Source: Myxococcales bacterium (GTDB taxonomy: Bacteria > Myxococcota_A > Polyangia > Palsa-1104 > JAEUJZ01). From it: a stretch of 64,000 bases of DNA. Under the pieces are notes generated by a model, which was given only the letters and a program-made list of their open reading frames with translations, made no database searches and had not been told where the DNA came from. The stretch covers positions 130,550 to 194,549 of the forward strand of contig JAEUJZ010000023.1 of NCBI GenBank assembly GCA_016794505.1. Reading direction: 5' to 3'. Below are positions 1-7,776 of this stretch, one piece after another. The position numbers and the translations under genes were made by a program. Within the stretch, counting starts at the first letter, position 1, and each line of letters opens with the position of its first letter.

Positions 1-2510
1 AGCGCATCCTGCCGAAGTTCACCAACGATGAAGAGTCGGTGCGCATGTTCATCGACGAGGCGCGCTTGGTCGCCAAGCTGCACCACCCCAACATCGTGCA
101 GATCTTCGACTTCGACAAAGAGGGCGATCGCTACTACCTAGCGATGGAGCTCATCGAAGGGCGCGATCTGCGCCAGGCGGAAAAGTCGTCGGCGAAAGCG
201 GGTGTTTGGTTCCCTATCTCGCTTTCGATTTACCTCATCGCCGAGGCGCTCAAGGGCTTGCACTATGCCCACACGCGCCTCGATCACGGCAAGCCCCTTG
301 AGATCGTTCACCGCGACGTCTCTCCGCACAACATCCTGATCAGCTTCTCGGGCGACGTGAAGATCTCGGACTTTGGCATCGCCAAGGTCGCCGAGCGCGC
401 ATCCGCGCAGTCGACGGGCACGGTCAAGGGCAAGCTGGCGTACATGAGTCCCGAGCAGATCACCGGGCAGCCGCTCGACGGGCGCACCGATATCTATTCG
501 ATGGGCATCGTGTTCTGGGAACTCTTGACGCGCCACCGCTTGTTCTTCGGCCCCGACGAGCACGACGTGATTCGCCGGGTTCGTGATGGCATCGTCCCAC
601 CGCCCCGTCAGTTCAATCCAGACATCCCAGAAGAGATCGAAAAGATCGTGATGAAGATGCTGGTGGCGAACCGCAGCCAGCGTTATCAGTCGGCCGGCGA
701 GGTCGTGCGCGCTCTGTGTTCGCTGCCGCAGTACAACTATGACGCGCAGGCGCTGGGCGAGTACATGCGCGCTCTTTTTCCCGAAGAGACGCGCAACTGG
801 ACGCAGATGCTGCAGACGCTGTTGGCGACGCCCAACAAGACCGCGCCGCGCGCGGAGCAGTCTGTGTCCATGCAGATCGTCGTCGGGCCAAGCGCCGAGA
901 GCGCAAAGGCCGCGCTGCCGACGGCAGAGCTAAGCGCCCTGACCGAGGTCGCCGAGCCCGCAGGTCCAAGCCCAGCCAAAACGCTGGCTGTGGTTTCCTC
1001 GGGCCCGCCGCCCGCGCCTGCGAAGGGCTCGGATCCGACGAAGCCGCAGTCCGCCCCCAGCCCACCACCGACTTCGGGGCGTCCACCTCCGCCGCCTCAG
1101 CCGACTCGACATCTTACGCAACCCGCAAGCTCAGAAAGCGCGCCGACGACGAGCTCATCGGCGCCAGGGAGCACCATGGCCGGTTCAGAGCAGAAGACCC
1201 AGATCGCAACCGAGATGCCGCCAGAGGTAGCCAGTGCTCTGGCAACGCAAGCCAGCCCCGGAGGAGCCAGCGCCCCCCAGGCTGCCGCGCCTCCTGCGGC
1301 CGGACCTCCACCTGCTGCGGCAGGCGCTGCGGCAGGCGCACGGACCATGATTGCCTCGGCTCCGGCGCTGCCGAGCAGCCCACCACCGCCGGCTTCGCCG
1401 CCTGTTGCCGACGGTGCTGGCGCACGCACCATGCTGGCCACAGCCCCGGCTGTCCCGGCGCTTGGCGGGGGTCAGGCGACCCTGATTGCCGGGCCGGGAG
1501 GCGCTGCTCCCGGAGCGGGTGGAGCACCGCTCAATGCAGCGGCCACGATGTACAACAGCAACAGCAACAGCAACAGCGGGCCTACGTCTTCACCCGGCGG
1601 ACGCTCGTCGCCCCTGCCCTTGCGCCCAGCCAGCGCGGTCTTTGGTGCGGCGCCGGCCAGCACTCATGTCCTTGTCACGGGCAAGTGGGTGATCGGCCCG
1701 GCTCTGGCCTTGGTCGTGATGTTGATGACTGCGGCCATCGCCAACCGCATCTGGCCTCCGGCCACGGGCAGTGGCGGCGGCGGGCCCAGCTTCCTCGCGG
1801 CCAAGCGCGCCATTCAGGTCACCAGCGATCCACCCGGCGCCGAGGTGCAGGTCGACGGCGTAGTTCTGGACGAAAAAACGCCCACGCAGGTCAAGGGCGA
1901 GATTGGCAAGAGCGCCCGCATCCGCATCAGCTTGCCGGGATACGACGCACACGAAGTCACGCTGGCCTTCACGCAAGACGCCCGCCCGCCGTACAAGGTC
2001 AAGCTGTTCAAGGCCGGCACGCGGCAAAAGACGCTGGATCCAAGCGTCTTCGACGAGAAGCCCGACGTATCCAAGAACGACGAGGACGGCGACGACAAGA
2101 AGCCCAGCGGCGACAAGGGCAAAGACGACGGCAAGAAGCCGGCGGCCGACAAGGACGACAAGACCGACAAGACCGACAAGACCGACAAGACCGACAAGAC
2201 CGACAAGAAGGGCGACAAGAAGAAAGACGAGCCAGAAGAGGAAGACGACAGCAAGAAGAAGGGCAAAAAGGGCAAAGAAGGCGACGCGGCCAAGAAAGCC
2301 AAGGCGACGCTGACGGTCTTGGTGCGGCCCTGGGCGATCGTGTACCTCGACGGCAAGAAGCTGCAGCAGACGCCGCTGCGCAACCATCCAATCAGCGCCG
2401 GGGCGCACAAGATCCTCCTCGTCAACGACACCAAGGGCAAGCGCGAGGAGATCAAGCTCAAGGTCACGGCGGGCGAGGCCGTACCCGAGATCAAGCGCAC
2501 CTGGGAATAG
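1..2510 (+). CDS. Hanks-type Ser/Thr protein kinase, 5'-partial. Kinase domain, then Pro/Ala-rich linker, one TM helix and two PEGA-like domains with a DKT-repeat Lys/Asp-rich spacer
   Basis: The reading frame is open to the window edge (codon phase 3). Kinase motifs HRDVSPHNILI and DFG (KISDFGIAK) are present, with APE-like SPEQ. The C-terminal part has a hydrophobic helix and PEGA-like segments (VTSDPPGAEVQVDG...). GC3 is high. Confidence 0.85.
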   Translation, partial: RILPKFTNDEESVRMFIDEARLVAKLHHPNIVQIFDFDKEGDRYYLAMELIEGRDLRQAEKSSAKAGVWFPISLSIYLIAEALKGLHYAHTRLDHGKPLEIVHRDVSPHNILISFSGDVKISDFGIAKVAERASAQSTGTVKGKLAYMSPEQITGQPLDGRTDIYSMGIVFWELLTRHRLFFGPDEHDVIRRVRDGIVPPPRQFNPDIPEEIEKIVMKMLVANRSQRYQSAGEVVRALCSLPQYNYDAQALGEYMRALFPEETRNWTQMLQTLLATPNKTAPRAEQSVSMQIVVGPSAESAKAALPTAELSALTEVAEPAGPSPAKTLAVVSSGPPPAPAKGSDPTKPQSAPSPPPTSGRPPPPPQPTRHLTQPASSESAPTTSSSAPGSTMAGSEQKTQIATEMPPEVASALATQASPGGASAPQAAAPPAAGPPPAAAGAAAGARTMIASAPALPSSPPPPASPPVADGAGARTMLATAPAVPALGGGQATLIAGPGGAAPGAGGAPLNAAATMYNSNSNSNSGPTSSPGGRSSPLPLRPASAVFGAAPASTHVLVTGKWVIGPALALVVMLMTAAIANRIWPPATGSGGGGPSFLAAKRAIQVTSDPPGAEVQVDGVVLDEKTPTQVKGEIGKSARIRISLPGYDAHEVTLAFTQDARPPYKVKLFKAGTRQKTLDPSVFDEKPDVSKNDEDGDDKKPSGDKGKDDGKKPAADKDDKTDKTDKTDKTDKTDKKGDKKKDEPEEEDDSKKKGKKGKEGDAAKKAKATLTVLVRPWAIVYLDGKKLQQTPLRNHPISAGAHKILLVNDTKGKREEIKLKVTAGEAVPEIKRTWE

Positions 2511-2515
2511 TCGGC

Positions 2516-2521
2516 TTGACA
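2516..2521 (+). promoter_or_regulatory. Candidate -35 hexamer TTGACA immediately upstream of the palindromic operator
   Basis: Exact TTGACA sits 4 nt 5' of the 7-1-7 palindrome. A weak -10-like CATGAAT follows at about 17 bp. Confidence 0.35.
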
Positions 2522-2525
2522 CAAA

Positions 2526-2540
2526 TGCAAATGATTTGCA
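2526..2540 (+). promoter_or_regulatory. Perfect 7-1-7 inverted repeat TGCAAAT-G-ATTTGCA; Fur-family (Fur/Zur/PerR-type) box-like operator
   Basis: A perfect palindrome is read directly. Its architecture is identical to the Fur-family 7-1-7 boxes (Fur TGATAAT-N-ATTATCA; Zur TCGTAAT-N-ATTACGA). It is AT-rich in GC-rich DNA and overlaps the promoter of the downstream small membrane protein. Confidence 0.5.
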
Positions 2541-2553
2541 TGAATGGCCGCGC

Positions 2554-2970
2554 ATGGTCTCGTCTGCTGCTTCGCGCCTGCGGTCGCATGTCGCCGCGTT
2601 CTTGCCCGTTCTGTGCTTGATTCACTGCATCGCCACTGCGCTCTTCGCCGCCGCACTGCCGGCGTTTGCACTGTGGCTGCAGAGCGAGTGGATCGAGGCA
2701 GCGCTGACCCTGCTTTCACTTCTGCTCATTGGCGGCCCGCTTGCGCGACGCAGCCCCGACCACGATCGCGAAGGCCTGAGCCTGGCGCTGTTTGCTGCGG
2801 GCGTGGCCCTCATCGCGCTCGGCTGGCTGTATGGGCAAGAGCCGCCGCGGCACCTGGGCCTTCTATTGCTCGTTGCGACGCAGCTTTTCTTTTGGCGCAG
2901 CCGTCGGACACAGCGTGCGTGTGACTGCGCTTCGTCCCCCGAAGACGTGCGCCGCGCAGCCGAATGCTAG
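2554..2970 (+). CDS. Small polytopic membrane protein with a Cys-x3-Cys (CLIHC) motif in TM1; MerC-like / possible metal transporter
   Basis: The ORF has 3-4 predicted hydrophobic helices and high GC3. The ORF-track start at 2536 is a TTG inside the palindrome, so the ATG at 2554 is preferred. Resemblance to the MerC family is weak. Confidence 0.4.
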   Translation: MVSSAASRLRSHVAAFLPVLCLIHCIATALFAAALPAFALWLQSEWIEAALTLLSLLLIGGPLARRSPDHDREGLSLALFAAGVALIALGWLYGQEPPRHLGLLLLVATQLFFWRSRRTQRACDCASSPEDVRRAAEC

Positions 2971-2978
2971 ACGCGAGG

Positions 2979-3596
2979 CTACGAGGCCTTCAAGCGACGG
3001 ATTAGCTCGCGAATGCGACGCGAGCCGCCGCCATCGCGATAGATGAAGCGCAAGCCAACGCCGGTTCCCGCCAGATAGGCGACTCGTCCCGAGAGCGGCA
3101 CGGGCACAGCGCCACCTGGCAAAAGGACATCGACGACCACTTCGCAGTCCAGGCCGGGCAGCGGCGCATCGCAGCGCAGAAGCGCACCGCCCAGCGAGAT
3201 CTCTTCCAGCTCACCGTGCCGCGTGTCCAAGCTGCCGCCGACGCGAAACGTCACCGGCAAGTGAACAGGCAGCCGCGGATGGCGTCGCTTGCGCGCCTGC
3301 ACCTGACCGGACAGCGCTTTCAAGATGAAGCTCTGCTTGTCGCGCTCTTCCGGCAGGAACGCAACGACAGCGCCTGCTCGCACGCGCAGACGCGGCAGCG
3401 CGGGCCGCCACGACTGCACTTCACTGCGCAGCAGCATCTTGTTCGGCAAGCCTTTGCAGAACACCTCGACCACCACTTGATCTCCGACGGTCAGCGGAGT
3501 CGTGGTCGCCACAAACAGCCCCCCATTGGGCAGGTCGGCGTGATACGCCTCGTCAAAGTCCTGTCGATTTTGGAAGCGCGCTTTCAGGATCTGCAT
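2979..3596 (-). CDS. Tandem PilZ-domain protein (c-di-GMP receptor-like)
   Basis: PilZ signature pairs are present: RRHPRLP ... DTRHGELEEISLGG, with a second PilZ-like half at the N-terminus. Confidence 0.6.
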   Translation of the reverse strand: MQILKARFQNRQDFDEAYHADLPNGGLFVATTTPLTVGDQVVVEVFCKGLPNKMLLRSEVQSWRPALPRLRVRAGAVVAFLPEERDKQSFILKALSGQVQARKRRHPRLPVHLPVTFRVGGSLDTRHGELEEISLGGALLRCDAPLPGLDCEVVVDVLLPGGAVPVPLSGRVAYLAGTGVGLRFIYRDGGGSRRIRELIRRLKAS

Positions 3597-3741
3597 CGGA
3601 GCGGGACCATATCACAAACACTTCATCGGGCAAGCACCGCCTCGCAGCCGCGCAGAGCAGAACATGCACGCAAAAACCTCGCTGCTACCGGGCCCGCGCC
3701 TGTCGGCAACGTGGGCTGGGAATTGCGGTAGAGTGCGGCTC

Positions 3742-4509
3742 ATGAAGGTGCTGATCATCATTCCCACCTACAACGAGCGCGAGAATATTGGGTCGCTGAT
3801 TGCCCAGATTCACCAGGCGCTCCCCGTCGCAGATGTGCTCATCGTGGATGATGCATCACCTGATGGAACGGGTCAGCTTGCGGATGAGCTGGCTACAACC
3901 GATCCGCAGCTTCGCGTGCTGCATCGCAGCGGCAAGCTGGGCCTGGGCACGGCGTACTTGGCGGGCTTTCGCTTGGCGCTACAGCAGAGCTACGACTATG
4001 TGTTCGAGATGGACGCCGACTTCAGTCACGATCCGCGCTACCTGCCGATCATGCTGCGCGCCGCAGGTGGCGAGCCCGACAAGAAGGAGGCCGATCCACG
4101 ACACGATGGTGCCGACATCGTGATTGGCTCGCGCCGCATACCCGGCGGAGGCACGGAAAACTGGGGCCTTGTGCGGCGCTTCATTTCGGCCGGCGGCAGC
4201 CTGTACGCCCGCGTGATCCTCGGTGCGCTGCGCCCTGGCACGTTCTTGGGACTGCCGGTCCGCGACATGACCTCGGGCTTTAAGTGTTTTCGTCGACGCG
4301 TACTGGAAGCGCTCGATCTCGAATCGGTTCACTCGGAAGGCTACAGCTTTCAGATCGAGCTTACGTATCGCGCGCTTCTGCGCGGCTTTCGCGTGACGGA
4401 GATCCCCATCATCTTTGTCGATCGTCGCGCCGGTCAGTCCAAGATGTCGTCGCGCATCTTTTTAGAAGCGATGGGCGTGGTGTGGCGCCTGCGCTTGCAG
4501 CATCCGTAA
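3742..4509 (+). CDS. GT2-family polyprenol/dolichol-phosphate mannosyltransferase (Dpm1/Ppm1-like)
   Basis: Motifs IIIPTYNERENI, VDDASPDG and DADFSHDP match the Dpm1/Ppm1 family. The start is moved to MKVL because the upstream part of the ORF has poor codon usage. Confidence 0.75.
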   Translation: MKVLIIIPTYNERENIGSLIAQIHQALPVADVLIVDDASPDGTGQLADELATTDPQLRVLHRSGKLGLGTAYLAGFRLALQQSYDYVFEMDADFSHDPRYLPIMLRAAGGEPDKKEADPRHDGADIVIGSRRIPGGGTENWGLVRRFISAGGSLYARVILGALRPGTFLGLPVRDMTSGFKCFRRRVLEALDLESVHSEGYSFQIELTYRALLRGFRVTEIPIIFVDRRAGQSKMSSRIFLEAMGVVWRLRLQHP

Positions 4510-4575
4510 GCGTGTCGAGCAGCGAAGCAGCCTGCCGCAACTCGCCGCCGCTTCCGGCGTGGCTTGGTTGTCTGG

Positions 4576-5730
4576 CTAGCGCGGTCGTCGACGCGCCGCA
4601 ACGCAGATCTCTTGTCGATTGCTCGGAAGCTGCGTGGCGCGCACTTCGTCAAAGCCCATGGCCTGCACCTGGGACAAAAAGCGCGGCACCTGCTCGGCCA
4701 TGCTCCAGTCGTTCAGCTTCAGCGTCAGAAGTGCGCCGCGCAGCGTCGGGCGCAGCGTGCTGACGATCCGCCGAAGCTGATGCAGGGCGACCTGCGGCGC
4801 CAGATTGACATCCAGAAGCAACCAGTCCACGCGATAGGGCAGCTGTTCCCGTCGCAGCTCGCCCAGCGTCATCTGCAGATGGGTAAAGCGCGGGCTGCTT
4901 AGCACGCGCGCATCCATCGCGCCGGGATCAACCCCGACAACCTGCAGGCCACGCGACAAAAGCGCCCAGCTAGCGCCGCCTGGTGCGCTGCCAATCTCGA
5001 CGGCAACATCGCCAGCGGATAGCGGCAAGCGGCTAAAAGCCAGGCCCTCTTCTAGCTTCAGCCAGGCCCGCGATGGCGCCTCGGCCGGCATGCGCAGCGG
5101 CGGTCGAGCGCCGGCATGGGGCGAGTGTCCCGGACCCTGGCGATGCAGGCCAACCAGCCACGGCTCCGTCGCGCCGTACGAAGTGCCAGGCGATGCCAAA
5201 CCGGACATATCGGGAGGCAGCACGACATCCAGCACCCACTCGCCGTTTTTTTGCGCCGCGCCGACTTGCCAGATGCTCTCTTTGGCGGCCGCCCGGATCG
5301 CTTCGGTTGTTGCGTCGATGCGGCGGCGCACTTCTGCTTCGTCTGGGTCTGCCTCGCCCGGCTTGTGGGCATCGCGTGCAAAGACATGCAAGCGCCAAGG
5401 TCCGCGTATGCCATGCGTCTGCAGCGTCGGCAAAAGTGCCGCCAGCTCGGCCGCCGAGCGCACCGAACCCAGCGAAGCGCCATATGCCCGCGCAAACACC
5501 GACGGCAAGACCTCGTGCGGCACGAACGCCGGCTCGCACTTCCACGTCACAAGTCCCGGACGCATAAACGCCGGTCGATAGCCCGGTCGGGCGCGAGCTA
5601 GCTCGGCCTTGACCGCGCGCTCGGCCCCGATCTGACAGACGGCAAACGCAAATGGAAAGCCGGCCTGCGTCGGGGCATCCGGCGTAAACAGCGAAGAAAC
5701 AGGTTCCTGCAAAGCAGAGGAAGAAGTCAC
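4576..5730 (-). CDS. rlmM: RlmM-like rRNA 2'-O-methyltransferase (THUMP-like N-domain plus FtsJ-like SAM methyltransferase)
   Basis: The C-terminal half carries the SAM motif VEIGSAPGGASWALLSRG...VVGVDPG. The N-terminal half is a THUMP-like fold. Total length is about 380 aa. Confidence 0.5.
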   Translation of the reverse strand: MTSSSALQEPVSSLFTPDAPTQAGFPFAFAVCQIGAERAVKAELARARPGYRPAFMRPGLVTWKCEPAFVPHEVLPSVFARAYGASLGSVRSAAELAALLPTLQTHGIRGPWRLHVFARDAHKPGEADPDEAEVRRRIDATTEAIRAAAKESIWQVGAAQKNGEWVLDVVLPPDMSGLASPGTSYGATEPWLVGLHRQGPGHSPHAGARPPLRMPAEAPSRAWLKLEEGLAFSRLPLSAGDVAVEIGSAPGGASWALLSRGLQVVGVDPGAMDARVLSSPRFTHLQMTLGELRREQLPYRVDWLLLDVNLAPQVALHQLRRIVSTLRPTLRGALLTLKLNDWSMAEQVPRFLSQVQAMGFDEVRATQLPSNRQEICVAARRRPR

Positions 5731-5796
5731 AGAAGTGGGCCGTTCTTATCACAAGGCCGCGCCGCCGCTTCCTGGGTCAGGTATAAAACGAACATC

Positions 5797-7164
5797 ATGC
5801 ATCCTTCGCTTGCTCGCTTGCTGCTGTCTGTGCTGCCGCGTGCCCCGCTTCGGATGGGGGCGTTGGGACTTTTGGCTGGGCTTCTTTTGTGGCCCCTGCC
5901 AGCGCTGGCAGGCTTCGACGGAGTCGAGACCGATCTTGGTCAGAAGCTCGCCGCTTCCTTGTCGGCGGGTCAGACCGGTGTGTGGGCCTATGTCTTGGCG
6001 TTTCTCGCCGGCTTTTTCACCAGCCTCACGCCGTGTGTCTATCCGCTGATTCCGATCACCGTCAGCCTGTTTGGTGCCCACAGCAAAGAGGCCTCGCGCC
6101 GCACGGCGCTTTTGCTTGCGGCCTGTTACGTCGGCGGCATTGCATGCATGTACAGCAGCCTCGGGATCTTGGTCGGTCTGACCGGCGCCAAGTTCGGCAC
6201 GTTCATGACCAGCAAGGTGGTCATGATCCCGGTCATCTTGTTCTTCTTGACGATGGCGACCTCGATGTTCGGTGCGTTCGAGCTGACGCTGCCTTCCGAG
6301 CTCAACACGCGCCTGTCGCAAGTCGGTGGCAAGGGCTTTATCGGCGCGTTTTTGATGGGCTTGGTCGCAGGGCTGATCGCTGCGCCGTGCACAGGACCGC
6401 CGCTCGCCGCGCTGCTTTTGTTCGTCGGAACGCAGCAGTCTGTGGTGCTCGGAGGCTCGCTGCTGTTTGTCTATGCGCTGGGCATGGGGCTCTTGTTTTT
6501 TGCCATCGCAGGCTTTGCGCTAACGCTGCCCAAGTCCGGTGCGTGGATGGACGCCATCAAGCACATGTTTGGCGTCATCATGCTGGTCGCCGCGCTGTAC
6601 TTCGCGCGCAACCTGCTCGCGCCGCTGCGTGAATACGGCAAGTCGAACCTGACGTTCTTGGGCATCCATGGCGCGCTGATGGCGGCCGGCATCGCCTTCG
6701 GCGGCCTGCGCTTGGCATTTTCCGGGGGAGTTTCGTCCGCAGCGCGCAAGAGCTTGGGCATCTTGCTTCTAACGATCGGTCTGTTCGGTAGCGTGTCGTG
6801 GTTCTTGGCGCCGCGTGAAGTCGGCATCACCTGGCTGCGCGACGAAAGCCAAGCTCTGGCGCAGGCGCAGCGCGAGCGCAAGCCGCTTCTTGTCGACTTC
6901 AGTGCCGAGTGGTGCCTGCCCTGCAAAGAGATGGAGCGTCGCACCTTTGCCGATCCGACCGTGCAGCGCGAGCTGGCGCGCTTCGTCTTGGTGCGCATCG
7001 ACTGCACCGAAGGCACCGAGCAGAGCGACGCACTGCAAAAGAAGTACGAGTCCGAGACCCTGCCTTCGGTGATCTTGTTCAACCGCCGCGGCGAAAAGAC
7101 GGCCAAGCTCAGCGAGTTCACTCCACCCGATAAGCTGCTTCCCATCCTGCAGCAAATTCAGTAA
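5797..7164 (+). CDS. dsbD: DsbD/DipZ-family thiol:disulfide interchange protein (CcdA-like TM core plus C-terminal thioredoxin WCLPC)
   Basis: There is a signal peptide and TM-core cysteines (LTPCVYPL, AAPCTGP). The C-terminal thioredoxin domain has EWCLPCK. Confidence 0.75.
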   Translation: MHPSLARLLLSVLPRAPLRMGALGLLAGLLLWPLPALAGFDGVETDLGQKLAASLSAGQTGVWAYVLAFLAGFFTSLTPCVYPLIPITVSLFGAHSKEASRRTALLLAACYVGGIACMYSSLGILVGLTGAKFGTFMTSKVVMIPVILFFLTMATSMFGAFELTLPSELNTRLSQVGGKGFIGAFLMGLVAGLIAAPCTGPPLAALLLFVGTQQSVVLGGSLLFVYALGMGLLFFAIAGFALTLPKSGAWMDAIKHMFGVIMLVAALYFARNLLAPLREYGKSNLTFLGIHGALMAAGIAFGGLRLAFSGGVSSAARKSLGILLLTIGLFGSVSWFLAPREVGITWLRDESQALAQAQRERKPLLVDFSAEWCLPCKEMERRTFADPTVQRELARFVLVRIDCTEGTEQSDALQKKYESETLPSVILFNRRGEKTAKLSEFTPPDKLLPILQQIQ

Positions 7165-7176
7165 AAGCAGCCGCCG

Positions 7177-7776
7177 ATGGCTAGTCGTGCCCAACCTGCA
7201 GCGCGAGGGGTCGCTCGCTTTCTGGCCAAACCCAAGGCCAAGCCAGCGGCAAAGAGCGCGCAGAAAAACCTGTTGGCACCGTCGGTATCCGGCGATGCAG
7301 TCGGCGAGCCAAGCAAGGCCGCCCCCTCGCTGAAGATCCCTGAGCTACTCGCCGAACTAGAAGAGCTGTTCAAGCAGCTTGGCGTGCGCCTGACCTATGA
7401 AGCGCTCGGCGGTGAGCTGGGTTCAGGTGGGCTGTGCAAAGTCAGAGGCCAGTTCCGCATCATCATCGATCGCCGCACCACACCCGGCGAGCGCGTCGCG
7501 ATGCTGCTGCCGCTGCTTCTGCGATTTGAGATCGACGCACTGCCGCAGTCCGCCACGCTGCGCGATCTGCTCGGCCGCTTGCGTCCTGCCCCGATCCCGG
7601 AAGTCGAGACCGCAGCGGCAAGCGAAGGCAACGCAGATTCGACCGACGCAGACGTGGCAGAGCATGTCCGCGTAGATTTCGATGCGGCACACGGCCTGCT
7701 TGCAGAGCAAGCTGCCGAAAATCATGCGGCAAATGGCGAGGAATCCGAGGATTCGCAGGCGAAAGCGGACGCATGA
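7177..7776 (+). CDS. Hypothetical protein with Lys/Ala-rich basic N-terminus and acidic C-terminus; translationally coupled to the helicase gene
   Basis: GC3 is high. The stop overlaps the uvrD start in an ATGA arrangement. No domain was recognised. Confidence 0.5.
   Translation: MASRAQPAARGVARFLAKPKAKPAAKSAQKNLLAPSVSGDAVGEPSKAAPSLKIPELLAELEELFKQLGVRLTYEALGGELGSGGLCKVRGQFRIIIDRRTTPGERVAMLLPLLLRFEIDALPQSATLRDLLGRLRPAPIPEVETAAASEGNADSTDADVAEHVRVDFDAAHGLLAEQAAENHAANGEESEDSQAKADA

Noticed and set aside
2536-2553. TTG start of the MerC-like ORF inside the palindrome.
   Set aside because: An in-frame ATG at 2554 gives a sensible N-terminus. The TTG lies within the operator.
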